Below, piece after piece: positions 11,815 to 23,236 of a stretch of 64,000 nt of DNA. The translations under genes and the position numbers were made by a program. Position 1 is the stretch's first letter. Each line of letters begins with the position of its first letter. The stretch comes from Dudresnaya verticillata (taxonomy: Eukaryota): positions 2,170,001-2,234,000 of the forward strand of contig OZ374563.1 in NCBI GenBank assembly GCA_977862235.1. The letters are read 5' to 3'. The notes beneath the pieces were generated by a model. That model saw only the letters and a program-made list of their open reading frames with translations, was not told the DNA's origin and searched no databases.

Positions 11815-12441
11815 ATCTCCTCCGTGTTGTCCATGATGTCCATGCCGTCTTTGTCGTCTTTGTCGTCCTTGGCGTCCTTGTCGCCCATATTGCCCTCGCC
11901 GTTCATGCGGCCATGCCGTCTTTGTCTTCCTTTTCGTCGTTGGCGTCCATGTCGCCCTTACAGTCCATGCTGTCCGTGTCGCCTGCAACCCACATGGTAT
12001 TGAAGCCCTCCGTGCCTACATGTCCTCCATGCGGTCCTCCTCGCCCTTCTGCCCTTCCTCCTCGTTGTCCTCCTCCTACACTTCCGCCGTCGTGTGGAGC
12101 CTGAAGAAGGTCAACACGCCACCTCCATAAGTTCCCACCTGCTCCCTGAGGGTGTGCAGAATGTAGTCACGAGCTTGCTGCCCATCTCTCTCGGTTCCAT
12201 CAACATAGGCCTGGATGGTGGCGTACAGGACGTAGACATTACCCTGAAAGATGAACGTGCACAGAATCGTCACCTCCTCCAGATCTGTGGCCTGGTTGTT
12301 GGCAATGCGCGGCGCGGAGAATCGCATCGCAGCCTCCGACATGATGTGGCTGACATTAATCCCAAAGCGAGTCCGCTCGGCCCAAAAAGGGTTCTCTTCC
12401 GCCGACGAGGAGTCCCCCCAAAAAAGGCTAACGCTAGCCAT
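11815..12441 (-). pseudogene. Short hypothetical ORF (121 aa, 12076-12441) with a decayed acidic Asp/Glu tail
   Basis: After the TAG stop the frame continues EEDNEEEGQKGEEDRMEDM*, and shifted frames give DKDAKDDKDDKDGMD, consistent with a longer protein broken by stops and frameshifts. Confidence 0.35.
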
Positions 12442-13819
12442 TTCGAGAACCCGTACAAGACCTGGTCGTACCGTACACGATAGTGATGCGTACTAATAGG
12501 AAAGAGCGAATGTTAGCAAAGGTTCGTCGCGTGTAACGAAGAGGGGTCAATGGCTTCTGCACAAACGAAACGGGGTGGCCAAGGAATTTGCGCCGCGGGA
12601 ACGATTTTTTTGGCTTGATGTGTTGTAGCACTACCAGTCGGATCGAGACAGTTTGCTTTTGTAAGAAGCGCGGGAAATGTTCAGAAGAGCACAAACGATA
12701 TAGACACAAACGGGTATCACCAGGCGAGGTGCTACCATGCTAATCTATCGGCCGAGATGAATCTGCTTCTGCGATTGTCCATTCTCGAACGCCCCCTTCG
12801 CACATAATCAATGCTACTGTCACTCGCAAGCCATCCAACTCGAACATTTCCCGTTATGACGCCGAGCACCTCAGCTCTTCGCCAGTAGTGTGGAAAAATA
12901 CTGTAAGCCGTTGCTCGGTTCTGTAAAGGGCAAGGGACACCCTGTCCCATACGCCACAAGCGTGGAAGTCGAGGTGCAACAGGCTGTTGATCAAGAGGCC
13001 GTCCCCGAAGCAGTCGGCCCAAGAGGACCTCAGGCCCGGGTGGGAGTTTGCAGCACGAAGAACAAGACTGACTGCCTCATAGTGTGGCCTTTGGAGGCCG
13101 CTTTGCCTAGGAGGAGCTTGACCAGAGGGCCTGGACACTTGGACTCAAGGGCGCAGAGAAATTCCCAAGTCCGAGCGACACGGTCATGGGCCGACCGATA
13201 GCAACCCCAGGTGATTGCTGCGTGCCGTAAACGGACATCTGCCGCGCGACGCCCGATTGCAACGCCACGTATATACCAAGGTGTTACACCTCTTTCCTGT
13301 GTGAGCGCGGTTCCGTTTGTTCGCAGATCGTTAATGCCCATCTCCGTTCACTTCGTGCAAGTGCGGATCACCGCACCGTGGATTGAGGTTTCCAAACTCT
13401 CTTCCACGCCTACCGGTTCCAGAAATACAAACAACACCGACACCGACCGAGTGTTGCCCTTCTTCCCAAGCAGGTCCACAAACGGGGCCTGCACGAAACA
13501 AAATCAACGTCCGCCTTGAACGCCTTGGCTCTGTCCGCAAACATCAAGATTTGTGCTAGACCAGGCGCTGGCCTAGTAATTATCCAACACAATTTCCCGA
13601 GCGCTCCACAATAAACTCGTAACGTTGCAGAGTCTACAGAAATTTCTTTCCAATGGAACTTCGCATAATCTTTCCAATGGAACTTCGCATAAGCCTTCTC
13701 ACTTCCCGCATGTTTAGGCAGAGATGGGAGCTGAAAACGGTACTCATATTATTGTATCTCGCTTTGTGTTTCCCGGGGATGGCAACATAGTCAGGCTCAA
13801 AACAAACGCAAACACGAGA

Positions 13820-14356
13820 TGGAGACCTTTATGTACAGGAAGTACTGCAATAGCCCCGTAAGGGGGCCTAACTAAATTCCATGCGAAAGGCGACGCTCGA
13901 AGAGTGTGTACGACGGTTAGCAGCCACTGCGACAGATTGAAGTACGAGAGAGGTGAGGTGGGTTAGAAGAGAGAGCTTCTCAGCTATCGACGAAGTATCC
14001 TTCATTATAGGTAAGGAAATTCGCCAAGCGCTGAGCGCCTCGATCGAATCCAGAACCAATGGCATCTTAGATGCCAACCAGCCCACCACCATCGGATGGA
14101 GGTCTATCCGGCTCGTAGAACAAAATCGACGATAATGACGGACTTTCGCTTGCTCGCGAAACAAGACTCGGACCAATGGTTGGCTGGCTGGTAGTCTTGC
14201 AGTGGAAGGATTTCGTATGTCCGAAGATTGCGATCTGTTTCCGAAGTACGCAAGATGGTTATGCAGAGTTTCATAGTATGGTACAAACAGGGGAGCGACA
14301 GAATGAAAGAAGACATTGATATCGGACTCTGAAACTTGTTCATATCTTATCGACAT
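13820..14356 (-). mobile_element. Probable 3' end of a second non-LTR element family
   Basis: A 162-aa ORF ends at a GCCCC/GGGGC hairpin followed by ATAAAGGTCTC; the same terminal arrangement recurs at 16175-16235. Confidence 0.4.
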
Positions 14357-14583
14357 TCACGGAATGATTTCTTCATCGCAGGACTGCAAGCACGTACGTG
14401 TGTAGATACAGGGAAGAGTTACTTTGCTTCTTGAAATGAGGGTCCTGAGAAAGCTAGTGCATACCCTCCAATTTCCGGGTCACAATATTAAAGACAAAGA
14501 GCTTCCAGGGTTAGCGAAAACGTTGTCTGATCTGCCAGAGTCTTGAGAAAAGGTCAGGGTTGTTGCACAACAAGGGTTGCGCA

Positions 14584-14938
14584 CTACGAGGCGTTAGGTG
14601 CGTCGCAATTGCCAGGTATTTCCGGGGCGGTGCCCTGGCAGGGCTTCTCTCCAGACGCATTGCAATGCCGGACAAGGGTGTGAGGGGGGAGCGGATTCTG
14701 TAGCGCCTCTTCTAAGGTCTCATTGTGCACATGGCTGAGGGTACTGAATAGAGCGCACTTAAAAGGCCGGTTCAGTAAAGCAGAATATCGCTGAATGCCT
14801 GTCATGCCTGCCAAGTGCTGTTGGCAATGGAATTGTCCGCTTTGAGGAGATCTGGGAAGGTAGGCAGATTTGGAGTTCAGCCTTCGAGTCTTTGAACGGC
14901 GGGCAGCACCGGTGATAACAAGTTGCACGGATGCCACT
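14584..14938 (-). mobile_element. Internally deleted fragment of the RWHLG-family non-LTR element
   Basis: LEEALQNPLPP resembles LQEPLQNPLPP at ~34880; 14815-14938 matches 39409-39532 and 48233-48355. Confidence 0.6.
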
Positions 14939-15392
14939 ACAAAAACTCAAAATAAAATGAAGATCTGTTGAACAAAATCCAACAAAACCTGAATCGTTAC
15001 TGTAAACCGATCTTAAAATACTGTAAGGTCTGCGAACGCGTCGTGGAGTTCGGCACCATGTTGCCGCCGAGACAGGAAACCTCCGAGTTTGGAGTTGAGG
15101 GCAGTATGCAGCGATCCGTCGGTCCATAGCCGTAACTCTTTCCGCGCCTTTTCCGTCGTCCGCACGCGGCGCTTCGGTCTGGAATCCTCGATGATGAGTG
15201 AACATAATTTACAATATAACCCTAGTGATGGGGGGGGGGAGGCAACAGTCACCCAGACTGTTTAACACAGGATTCCATACGCATTCACGCCACGACAAGC
15301 TCATCTTTCTCAACCCTCTCTCGATCAGCCATCCCTACTGGCAAAGCGACTACCTGAACTCCTTGCGTAGAGCAACATACCCAGGAATAAAT

Positions 15393-15791
15393 ATGGACGA
15401 CGATCTGACCAAGCGTTGCTACAAGGCCACTTGGCCGGGCAAGGGCAAGAAGCAGGATCCTTCCGTGCACGGTTCTTGCAATTCCGGCTACAAGTCTTCC
15501 AGCTCTAAGTCCGGCTCCAAGTCTTCAGGCTCCAAGTCCGGCTCCAAGAATTCAGGCTCCAAGTCCGGCTCCAACTCTGGCTCCAAGTCTTCTTTCAAGT
15601 CTTCTTCCAAGTCTTCCAAGTCCTCTAAGGCTTCGTCTGCACGTACATCCACTGGCTCCTCGTACAAGCATAGTTCCTCCTCGTACGGTTCGTCCAGCAA
15701 GTGCCGCGCGTGTCCATACTGCGGTTGTATTGCCCATTCCAGGGAGTCTCTCGACCAGCATATCAGGTGCTGCCATCCGCGTGCCTGCTAA
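15393..15791 (+). CDS. Ser/Gly/Lys-repeat protein with C-terminal C2H2 zinc finger, copy 1 (132 aa)
   Basis: Starts MDDDLTKR; SKSG-type repeats; CPYC-x12-H-x4-H (CPYCGCIAHSRESLDQHIRCCH). ORF intact in three diverged copies with frame-preserving indels. The frame is open further upstream, so the start could be earlier. Confidence 0.7.
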   Translation: MDDDLTKRCYKATWPGKGKKQDPSVHGSCNSGYKSSSSKSGSKSSGSKSGSKNSGSKSGSNSGSKSSFKSSSKSSKSSKASSARTSTGSSYKHSSSSYGSSSKCRACPYCGCIAHSRESLDQHIRCCHPRAC

Positions 15792-16174
15792 CCCAGACCA
15801 CAGCACAAGGAGCGACCTAAATGACTCATGCTCAGGGCTGCTTTGCACATAAATGATTCTCTTAATCTGAATCTGCACTAATTCCCATGTCACCCGCGTA
15901 GCAACACTCTATATAAACAAGTAGTAGATCAATCAACACCAATTCCCAAGTTGACTCGAGTTTTCTTGATGAGCTAGAAAGAGTAGTTCGCGCTGTGTCC
16001 CAGCGTACGCTTTAATTTATCTCTCGAGCCACCAGCATATCCTTAATCCTGCCTCGATGCGTCAGATGTTAGCACGTTTTGGCAGCTGGATTGCTGTTGA
16101 AGTGTGGTACACGCACGCATGGGAGATCTATAATGTAGAGCACTCCAGGTTGGCGCAGTCGGGGAGAACTGTCG

Positions 16175-16330
16175 AGAGATAGAGAGAGAGACCTTTATTA
16201 AAGAACAAGATAGAAGCCCCTTGATGGGGCTTAGGAATCAGAGTTACCGTAAAGAGGCGAGCGGGATGATTGCGTGTTGTAGGACTTCGTCTGTTCCAAA
16301 TATGCTTTGACAGCGCTGATGATAAATTTC
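16175..16330 (-). mobile_element. Short 3' remnant of a non-LTR element with (TC)n tail
   Basis: Minus strand AAGCCCC-ATCAA-GGGGCTT hairpin, then AATAAAGG and TCTCTCTCTC; upstream translation ALSKHIWNRRS resembles the IWxxRN motif of LINE C-termini. Confidence 0.4.
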
Positions 16331-19091
16331 TCCTGAAGCCATCGCGTTACCTATCTTACTGGCTTAAGGTATCGCAATGAATCACACAATTCAAAGCGCG
16401 AGTTGGAATGAGAGCGCGCAGAAAGGTGATCCTCAGGTCCCTGCCAAAGAGGGTGCCAAAGTCAGTCTCAAACTTGGCGAGAGGATGTACAGTGTGTCAG
16501 CATCGGCAGAGAGGGCTGGTGAGGTAGCACGCTGTGCTGTTGAGAGGGTACCAAAGCTGAGCACGAGCGAAGTTGCCATTTTGACAACAGCGTTAGAAGA
16601 GCTTTCTGCCAATAATAGTGAAACTTCAACCCATCGTGACAATCGTAACGCCCACGGAAAGGACCGGGTACAGACCATGGGAACGCGGGAGGTCTTCTGA
16701 CGAGGGAACATCCCCCTCTCTTCAAAGCGAGCCGAGCCCCAGGAAATCTCGGGCAACTGTGTCACTGCCGTGCCACCTCATACAGCATGGGATAAGGCCC
16801 TTTGAATTTCTGCACTGCGCACAGCTGGTTTACATGGTCGTATGCCGCAGTGTCGCACTACCACACAGCACGCATGACCCTGATCAAAACGAGACGCACG
16901 CCTACCCCCCATCAACCAGTCAAGCCCATCACATCCATCCCTGTGTGGGAACACAGTATCCTTGGCATTATCAAAGGCTTTTACCACACCCTCGAGCCCG
17001 ATCAGTACTAGTACAATTCAACAGAATATTGCAACTAAGCGTGGGGAAAGAAAAAAGAGCTCCCACGTTTAGCGGTATGGGGTGCAGTCGTGCGGTTCCC
17101 ACAACCGCGCCCCCATACGCTTTCGCCACTCGCATGGTCTCGGCCCATACCTCTACCACACCCTCATACCCACGGTTCAGCCGCATCATCATGGACTTCT
17201 AAAGCAGATGAAATTCCCGCAGTGCTGTTCCCTCATCCTTCGATTGAATTACAACCGCATTGCCCCCAGAGCCTGATGCAATACTCATGCATTGTCTTCC
17301 CAATGACAATACTGAACAATTATGCACTGCACATCCGCAAAGGCCCACAGCTTTTGTTGGTTATCATAGTCCTCCATGGGCAACAGGGCTCATACGCAGA
17401 AATTCCATGGATATCTGCGGGATATATCCATGCTTGCAGCTCTCTAGAGATTGGAGATTATCGTTCTTCAAGTTCTTGCTCTCGAAAATGGCATGGAAGT
17501 CATGAAGTGTTAGGGAGATGACTCAAGGATGTAGATTCTTACTCCGGGCGGAAATTCAGGGCCACTAGCTTGCGACTGGCCGGGCAGAGAAGGGCTCGAC
17601 CTCCGAGCAGAAGTGCATGTTAACAGTGCAGAAGTACATCATTGCGAGATTGGGAAATTTTCAAGCTTCCAGCCGACGGCAAGCTCTCTATCTCGGTTAT
17701 TCGCTTCATGTATTATGTACATACGAAACTCCAGGACGTAATGTTTCTTCGTTCTGCCGAGCAAGGTCTCGTAAATAAAGGGACCCAAGTTCCATAGGAC
17801 CACCGTGAGGACGGAAATCTGTATCTCATACAGGGCATAGAACCTTTGACAACAAGAACTACCCATTTGGGATGGAATAGAGTCTTTTCTGATGGTATCC
17901 TCGGATCTCTCGGATATATTCTATCTCTGGACATGTTTGTCGTAAACAACATTCCATCTCGTAAGCAAGAGCACACCAAATTGTCTTGCGAAACTGATAT
18001 AGCAAGCAAAGGGGCCGCTATTTCGGGTGGTCGGCGTATGACCACGCTTTTGAGCGGGGGCCAAAGGAACATCGTGCGACGTGTGATGAAAGATCCGATG
18101 AAAGCCGAAACCTTTCCTGAAAGCAAAAGAGGTCTGCGTGTGCTAAGATCTGGAACCAGGGGCAGGACTTCAGCATGTGTTTTGCTGAGGCCGAGGGCCT
18201 TGTTGGGTTGAACGGAGGAGATTGCTTGAAGGATTGATTGGCCGAAGGATCGGGGAACATAAAGCTTTCTTGGGTAACAGTGTTAGAGGCAGGAAACCTG
18301 GCCCAGATTCCCCGTCGCAGCGGGCTGCAGCAGGGGTCCCATACCACATGTGGAGCGAGGCCAGGCGGCGCTTGTGTTGGCGGCGTTGTACACGGAATGC
18401 CAGAGCAAGTGAGGTGTCCGGATGGTGGAGCAAGGGTTGTTCGGAAGGTTTGTTGAAACACCAATACCGCAAGTGCAGCATGGAGTGAATACGGGGTTGA
18501 AGTCGTGAGCTCCCCCGTTAATGAAAACGGTGAAAAGGCCAAGCTTCGGACTGGGCGGTATCAGAGCGACCGGAAAAGGTTGACAAAAATGACTCGGCTA
18601 TCACATCGCGGCAAGATCTGCGTAGATGATCAAGTTCCTGAGACCAGAAAGGTTCAAAATGTAGCGGTCTTTGCAGGCAGACACTCAGCCAGTGATTAAT
18701 GGGGAAGCCAAGAGGATCAGCGAAGATGCGTTCAGCAGGATCGAGAGTTGCAGCAGAACGAAGACGAGAATGGTAGGAGGGAGCCGTGTGACGGGAACCG
18801 TTTGTGATTACTCTTCCGCGTAGAACATCACCCATTTTCAAGAATAGCACTATAAGGACTGTTTTGGTACATGACCGAGGTTTCTTCTATTCCAACATCC
18901 GGATTGAGACAACGAATTGGCTTGGCGTGGGTGACTTCAGGCCTTGCAGCGTCTCGTAGTTTTCAGTAGTCACGTCCGCCTGGCGTGTCCGTTGCTTGCA
19001 AGAGTGAGGTGAATCCCAAAAGGGACGAGCTTCAGAAATTGTCAAGTGACTTCCTTCACGAGAAGTCAGAGCAGGAGCTCCGAGGACTGGC

Positions 19092-21258
19092 ATGAACTGC
19101 AGGAATGGGGATCTTGGTGTCGCAGCAGATATCCTCTCGGTGTTCTCAGGACAAACCCGTTGCTCCTCTGCTCCAAAAAAGGTACCGAAAGGAATCACTT
19201 GGCTTCCGATGGACGCGGTAAGAGGGCAGCAGCGCAAACTGGATTCTTCTCCATGAACTGAAGCAAATCGTCCCGAAAAGGCTTACAGTTGGAATACACA
19301 GTTGGAATGCGAGAGAGTTGGAATGCGAAATGATTTCTGCAGCACGAAATACTCCTTGATGGCAGCAGGTCTGATCCTTTGCTGCATAATGAGCATCTCC
19401 CTCTGATCCTTTGCGTTGCGAGGCGGGCAGCTTTCCATCGCTTCAACACGTCACCATCGGAGCATTTGTAAGTCAGCTCGTATGTTCATCTGTATTTCCA
19501 CATCTCTATTCCACTGCGAGTATCTTCTTCGGACCATACCACCTGTGACACTCTTGCTCAACAACGAGCTGCAGCGTTGAGCTGGCCGCCGTTCATCTCC
19601 GATCTTCGACAAGTACGTGAATGCGAGGAATTCACTTCTTTTCCTCAAGAAACCATACCTTTTGCTACTAACCAAACCGGGCAAACCTTCAAGCCGTACA
19701 GGGACGCTCGCAAAAAACGCCAGTGCGCACGACACCTTCAAGTAAGCAACACAAAGCTCATTGGACCTTTGAGATACCCGCTCTCCCTCCCCTTTAGAAC
19801 TTCGATTATTTTCTGCAGGGGATATGGATAACCAGTTGAACATTGGTGGTATAAGGCTCAGTGCAGATGACTCGAGCGTTGGCTCCGTACCACAGAACGA
19901 ACAGACAGAAAGCCAAGTAGGAGATACTGTTATCAGTAAGAACATTTGGAGTGACTCCGCAAGCAAATCACATGTCCAGACGAGACCCCCGTCTGCATGT
20001 GTCAGCGTTACTGAGGAAGTTAATGAAGTTATTCCTGATCGTACTATCGGTGATAGCGTCCCAGAATTCTGCTCGACACATGTACCCACGCCCGCTCCTG
20101 ACAAGGTTACGGGGTACTTGAGCCTTAAGGAAGAGCTTGACACGAGTACAGGATGCGTATCCGAATCGGATACGGGCAAAACACGATCACCTCCAAAGCG
20201 TATGTTCTTTATCTTTCTCTCTGCGAGTTCGAGGCCCATCATTACCCAACTTTCACGCCATCGGGATTTTGTTTCCTGTCCTCACCGCTAACAACTATTT
20301 CCGTTCATCCTGCTTTCCCCTCATAGATGCAAATCCTTCAGGTCAGTATCACGAGTATGTCCATTCAGGAACCGGAGAAGTTTCAACCCTAATCGCAGAT
20401 GGAAAACAACTGTCTATTGAAGTTGAAGCTCCTAGCGAAATTCCAACGGTCACGATTGCGGAAAGAGCGCGAGTTACATTTCTTGAAGACTCATCTAGAT
20501 TCAGAAGGGATGGAGAAATCTTTTCTGAGTTGTTCCACGTGCAAGATTCCTTCAATAAGGACAGCGACGAAACGGTCCATTGCGTTGACGTATCATCCAA
20601 TTCGCAGGAACACCAGTATGCCTCCCACCCAGGGGAAGTTAATCCGAGGAACGAAGAAAGACATGACAGGGTTCAATCTGATGGTAGGTCCCTCCCGAAG
20701 GACAGGAATAGTGTGAACAAATGGAAGGTAGCTGGAATTGTCTTACACGTCCGACAAGATGATACAGGTGGGCATATCAATCTGAAAGGAGCCCCAAACA
20801 TTGGGACCGGAGAAGGGCAAACTAGTCATCAAGCAAAGAGGAAGAATATGAGGTATCAGCCTCATGTGTACAATCGTCTCAGGCAGTTGAGAATCTACAA
20901 GTTGAAGTATGAAGCCGAACGGAAAAAGAAGAGAGAAGAAGAGGCGATTTCAAAATGTGAGGACAGCTCTGGAGAAGGGCAATGCCTGGATCTTCAAGGG
21001 GAAAGAATTCCAAACTACGACGCGAAAAAGATGCGAGACACTAAAGAAGAGCCCCTTTCTACGTATACGGACAACGAAGGCTTACCTGCGGCTCAAAAAG
21101 ACAACAAAGGGGTTGACGCATTTCATAACGGAGATCACGAAATACAACCTGCTCAAGTCGGGCTTCGCTTGGCTAGTTCAGATGATAGAGAAAAAGTATT
21201 TGGGACTATGGGAGAGCTGATAGAGTATCATGCCAACTTGGGAAAAGACAAGGCATAA
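19092..21258 (+). CDS. Multi-exon hypothetical protein, duplicate of 1756-3922
   Basis: Same sequence and splice signals shifted by 17,336 (e.g. intron 20200-20326). Confidence 0.5.
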
Positions 21259-21260
21259 GC

Positions 21261-21571
21261 CTTTGCGCGGAAGTACGTCACTTTGATGTCGCCCTGCCCC
21301 CACCGCGTCACATACCCCCGTTGGCTCTACAGCTACCAGACCACCGCGATTGGAAGCTGACGATCCGCTAGAACTTGCGCACCTTCCCATTCCCACCAAG
21401 CTGCACCACCACTGCAGCCCTAGTACGTATGCATGCCGTGAAGTTACAGCTTATATTCTCCCCAAGGCCCACTTCCGACATGTATAAATAGAGTTCGTCA
21501 CCTCGCAGCTAGCACCATGATGGGCCTTTGCAGCCTGCGCAGGACCACCTAAAACAACAATAAACATGAAT
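21261..21571 (+). mobile_element. RWHLG-family non-LTR 3' fragment, duplicate of 3925-4235
   Basis: Part of the segmental duplication. Confidence 0.7.
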
Positions 21572-22096
21572 CATCACCATGAGTTTCCGATATAGCTCAT
21601 CTGCCTTTCCCACGATATACTTCGAATTTTTCGCCGACGCCCTTGGGGCCATTACCCAACATCTCTGCCTCGAACTTTCCACAACTGCAAACCCGCACTC
21701 CGTAGAGCTAGGCCCCGATCTGACACGACTGCCTAGCTGAACCTGACCAAAGCACTGCTGACAGATTACGCCCACCTCGGCACTCACCCACGGTGAGCTT
21801 TTGTGTGAGCCGTTCTTGCCCGCGAAAGCCCACCAAAAACAACCAACAAGAACCTCTGTGCGAACCGAGTAATGCTTAATTTTAAACGTAGATACAGTAA
21901 AGCTCCACGGCCTACTGACCGGAATGAGCGCTGGATCCCGTAATCTTTGAATCGCAGTATGGGTAGTAACGTTTTCGCACAGGAATGAAGAGATCCAATC
22001 CTCAACAAGCATGCATCCCTTTAATCACAAGATTCAGAGTAAAGAGAAATCTCTCATGCAGAAACACTCTTTGGGCGGAATCAAAAAGTCCTTTTC

Positions 22097-23143
22097 CTAC
22101 GCCGAAGGCGACGGAATGTTTTCCATCACGTGAAAGCCCATTGTTTCGATCGAGCAATGACACTTCTCTACCATCTCTTGCAGTGCCTTTTTGCACAACC
22201 TCATCTCCATCACGATTGAATTCAGGCGAGCTGGTATCTTCCAGAGTTCCGCAGTAGCATGCATCATCCTCTCCGCGTTAACACCCCGCAATCCCACAGA
22301 ATTAGCACCTGACATCGCTTGCCCGTGGCTCATTTGATACGGAATGTATCCATATCCTCCTCCGAGCCAAACTGGTTCGGTAATTGTGAACTGAAAGGAG
22401 GGCACCTCTTCAGCTCGAATGAGCCTGATTTTCTCTTTCAGGGCCGCAATTGCCGCAGACCCTCTCTTCACCTCTTCTGAAAGAAGATCTTTGCAATGAT
22501 TCACCATGACGAGATAGAAGTGCAGGCTGTTATTGAACCCAAGACTCCGCTGGCCTCCTGGGACATGGTCAAACTTCACGCGGAGAACGTCCAGAGAGCT
22601 CAGGCCCGTCATAGACTCGTACGAGTACTCATAATCAATAGCTTCACTATCGGTAGAAGCTTTCTCCAAAAGTTGCAGGACATGAACCAAGCCAGTCTCT
22701 GCAGGGCCCGAAAGATCATTTCCATGCAAACCAGGAACATGCCTAGAGGTGCCAGTGGACACCGTACTGGCATGATTGCGGTGCCCGTCCGTGGAGCTCG
22801 AAGCGTGCCCGCCCTGTGGGTTTGAAGCCAAGCTTGACTCTGACAAATTGCGATCTCCATGAGCTTCCGAGGGGCCTGCGTGGGTTGCCTCGCCAATTGT
22901 GCATGATGGGATTCTCCACGAGTTAATGTTGCGAATCACACTGGAGCTCAAGCGCCCTTCTCCGTCACACAGCCGTCTATACCACTCGCGGTTAGACGGA
23001 TTCATGGCTGGCTTAAGCTTCTGCCGGCAGTCTTGAAATGGACTTTCGACACTTTGTAAGACTGAACGCAGTGACTGTGTCCAAGGGTTAGGCCACCGAC
23101 CGCGTGATTCTGCATTTCCGGCGATGCGCACGGAATCACGCAT
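22097..23143 (-). CDS. Hypothetical protein, 348 aa, duplicate
   Basis: Identical to 4761-5807 except one F/C change (pos 23028). Confidence 0.5.
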   Translation of the reverse strand: MRDSVRIAGNAESRGRWPNPWTQSLRSVLQSVESPFQDCRQKLKPAMNPSNREWYRRLCDGEGRLSSSVIRNINSWRIPSCTIGEATHAGPSEAHGDRNLSESSLASNPQGGHASSSTDGHRNHASTVSTGTSRHVPGLHGNDLSGPAETGLVHVLQLLEKASTDSEAIDYEYSYESMTGLSSLDVLRVKFDHVPGGQRSLGFNNSLHFYLVMVNHCKDLLSEEVKRGSAAIAALKEKIRLIRAEEVPSFQFTITEPVWLGGGYGYIPYQMSHGQAMSGANSVGLRGVNAERMMHATAELWKIPARLNSIVMEMRLCKKALQEMVEKCHCSIETMGFHVMENIPSPSA

Positions 23144-23236
23144 CTCGTAGGAAAATCTGTGGAAAGCCTTTCAAATTTTGACATCTCGAGAGACCCGCAA
23201 AATCTGCCTTCGCAGCCCTTGGGAAGAAGTGGAATG

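Larger units (their letters stand above)
1..13533 (+). repeat. Segmental duplication, copy 1 (begins before the window)
   Basis: Sequence and ORF track recur at a constant offset of 17,336 bp (pos 1 = 17337). I saw only 4 substitutions in the first ~13 kb (4695, 5692, 7140, 12478). Similarity ends after ...CCTTGGCTCTG at 13533/30869. Confidence 0.97.

Noticed and set aside
15488..15700. Acidic LEPDLEPE-repeat ORF on the minus strand (also near 40.1k and 54.9k)
   Set aside because: Reverse-complement translation of the Ser/Lys repeat; the plus strand has the ATG and the zinc finger.
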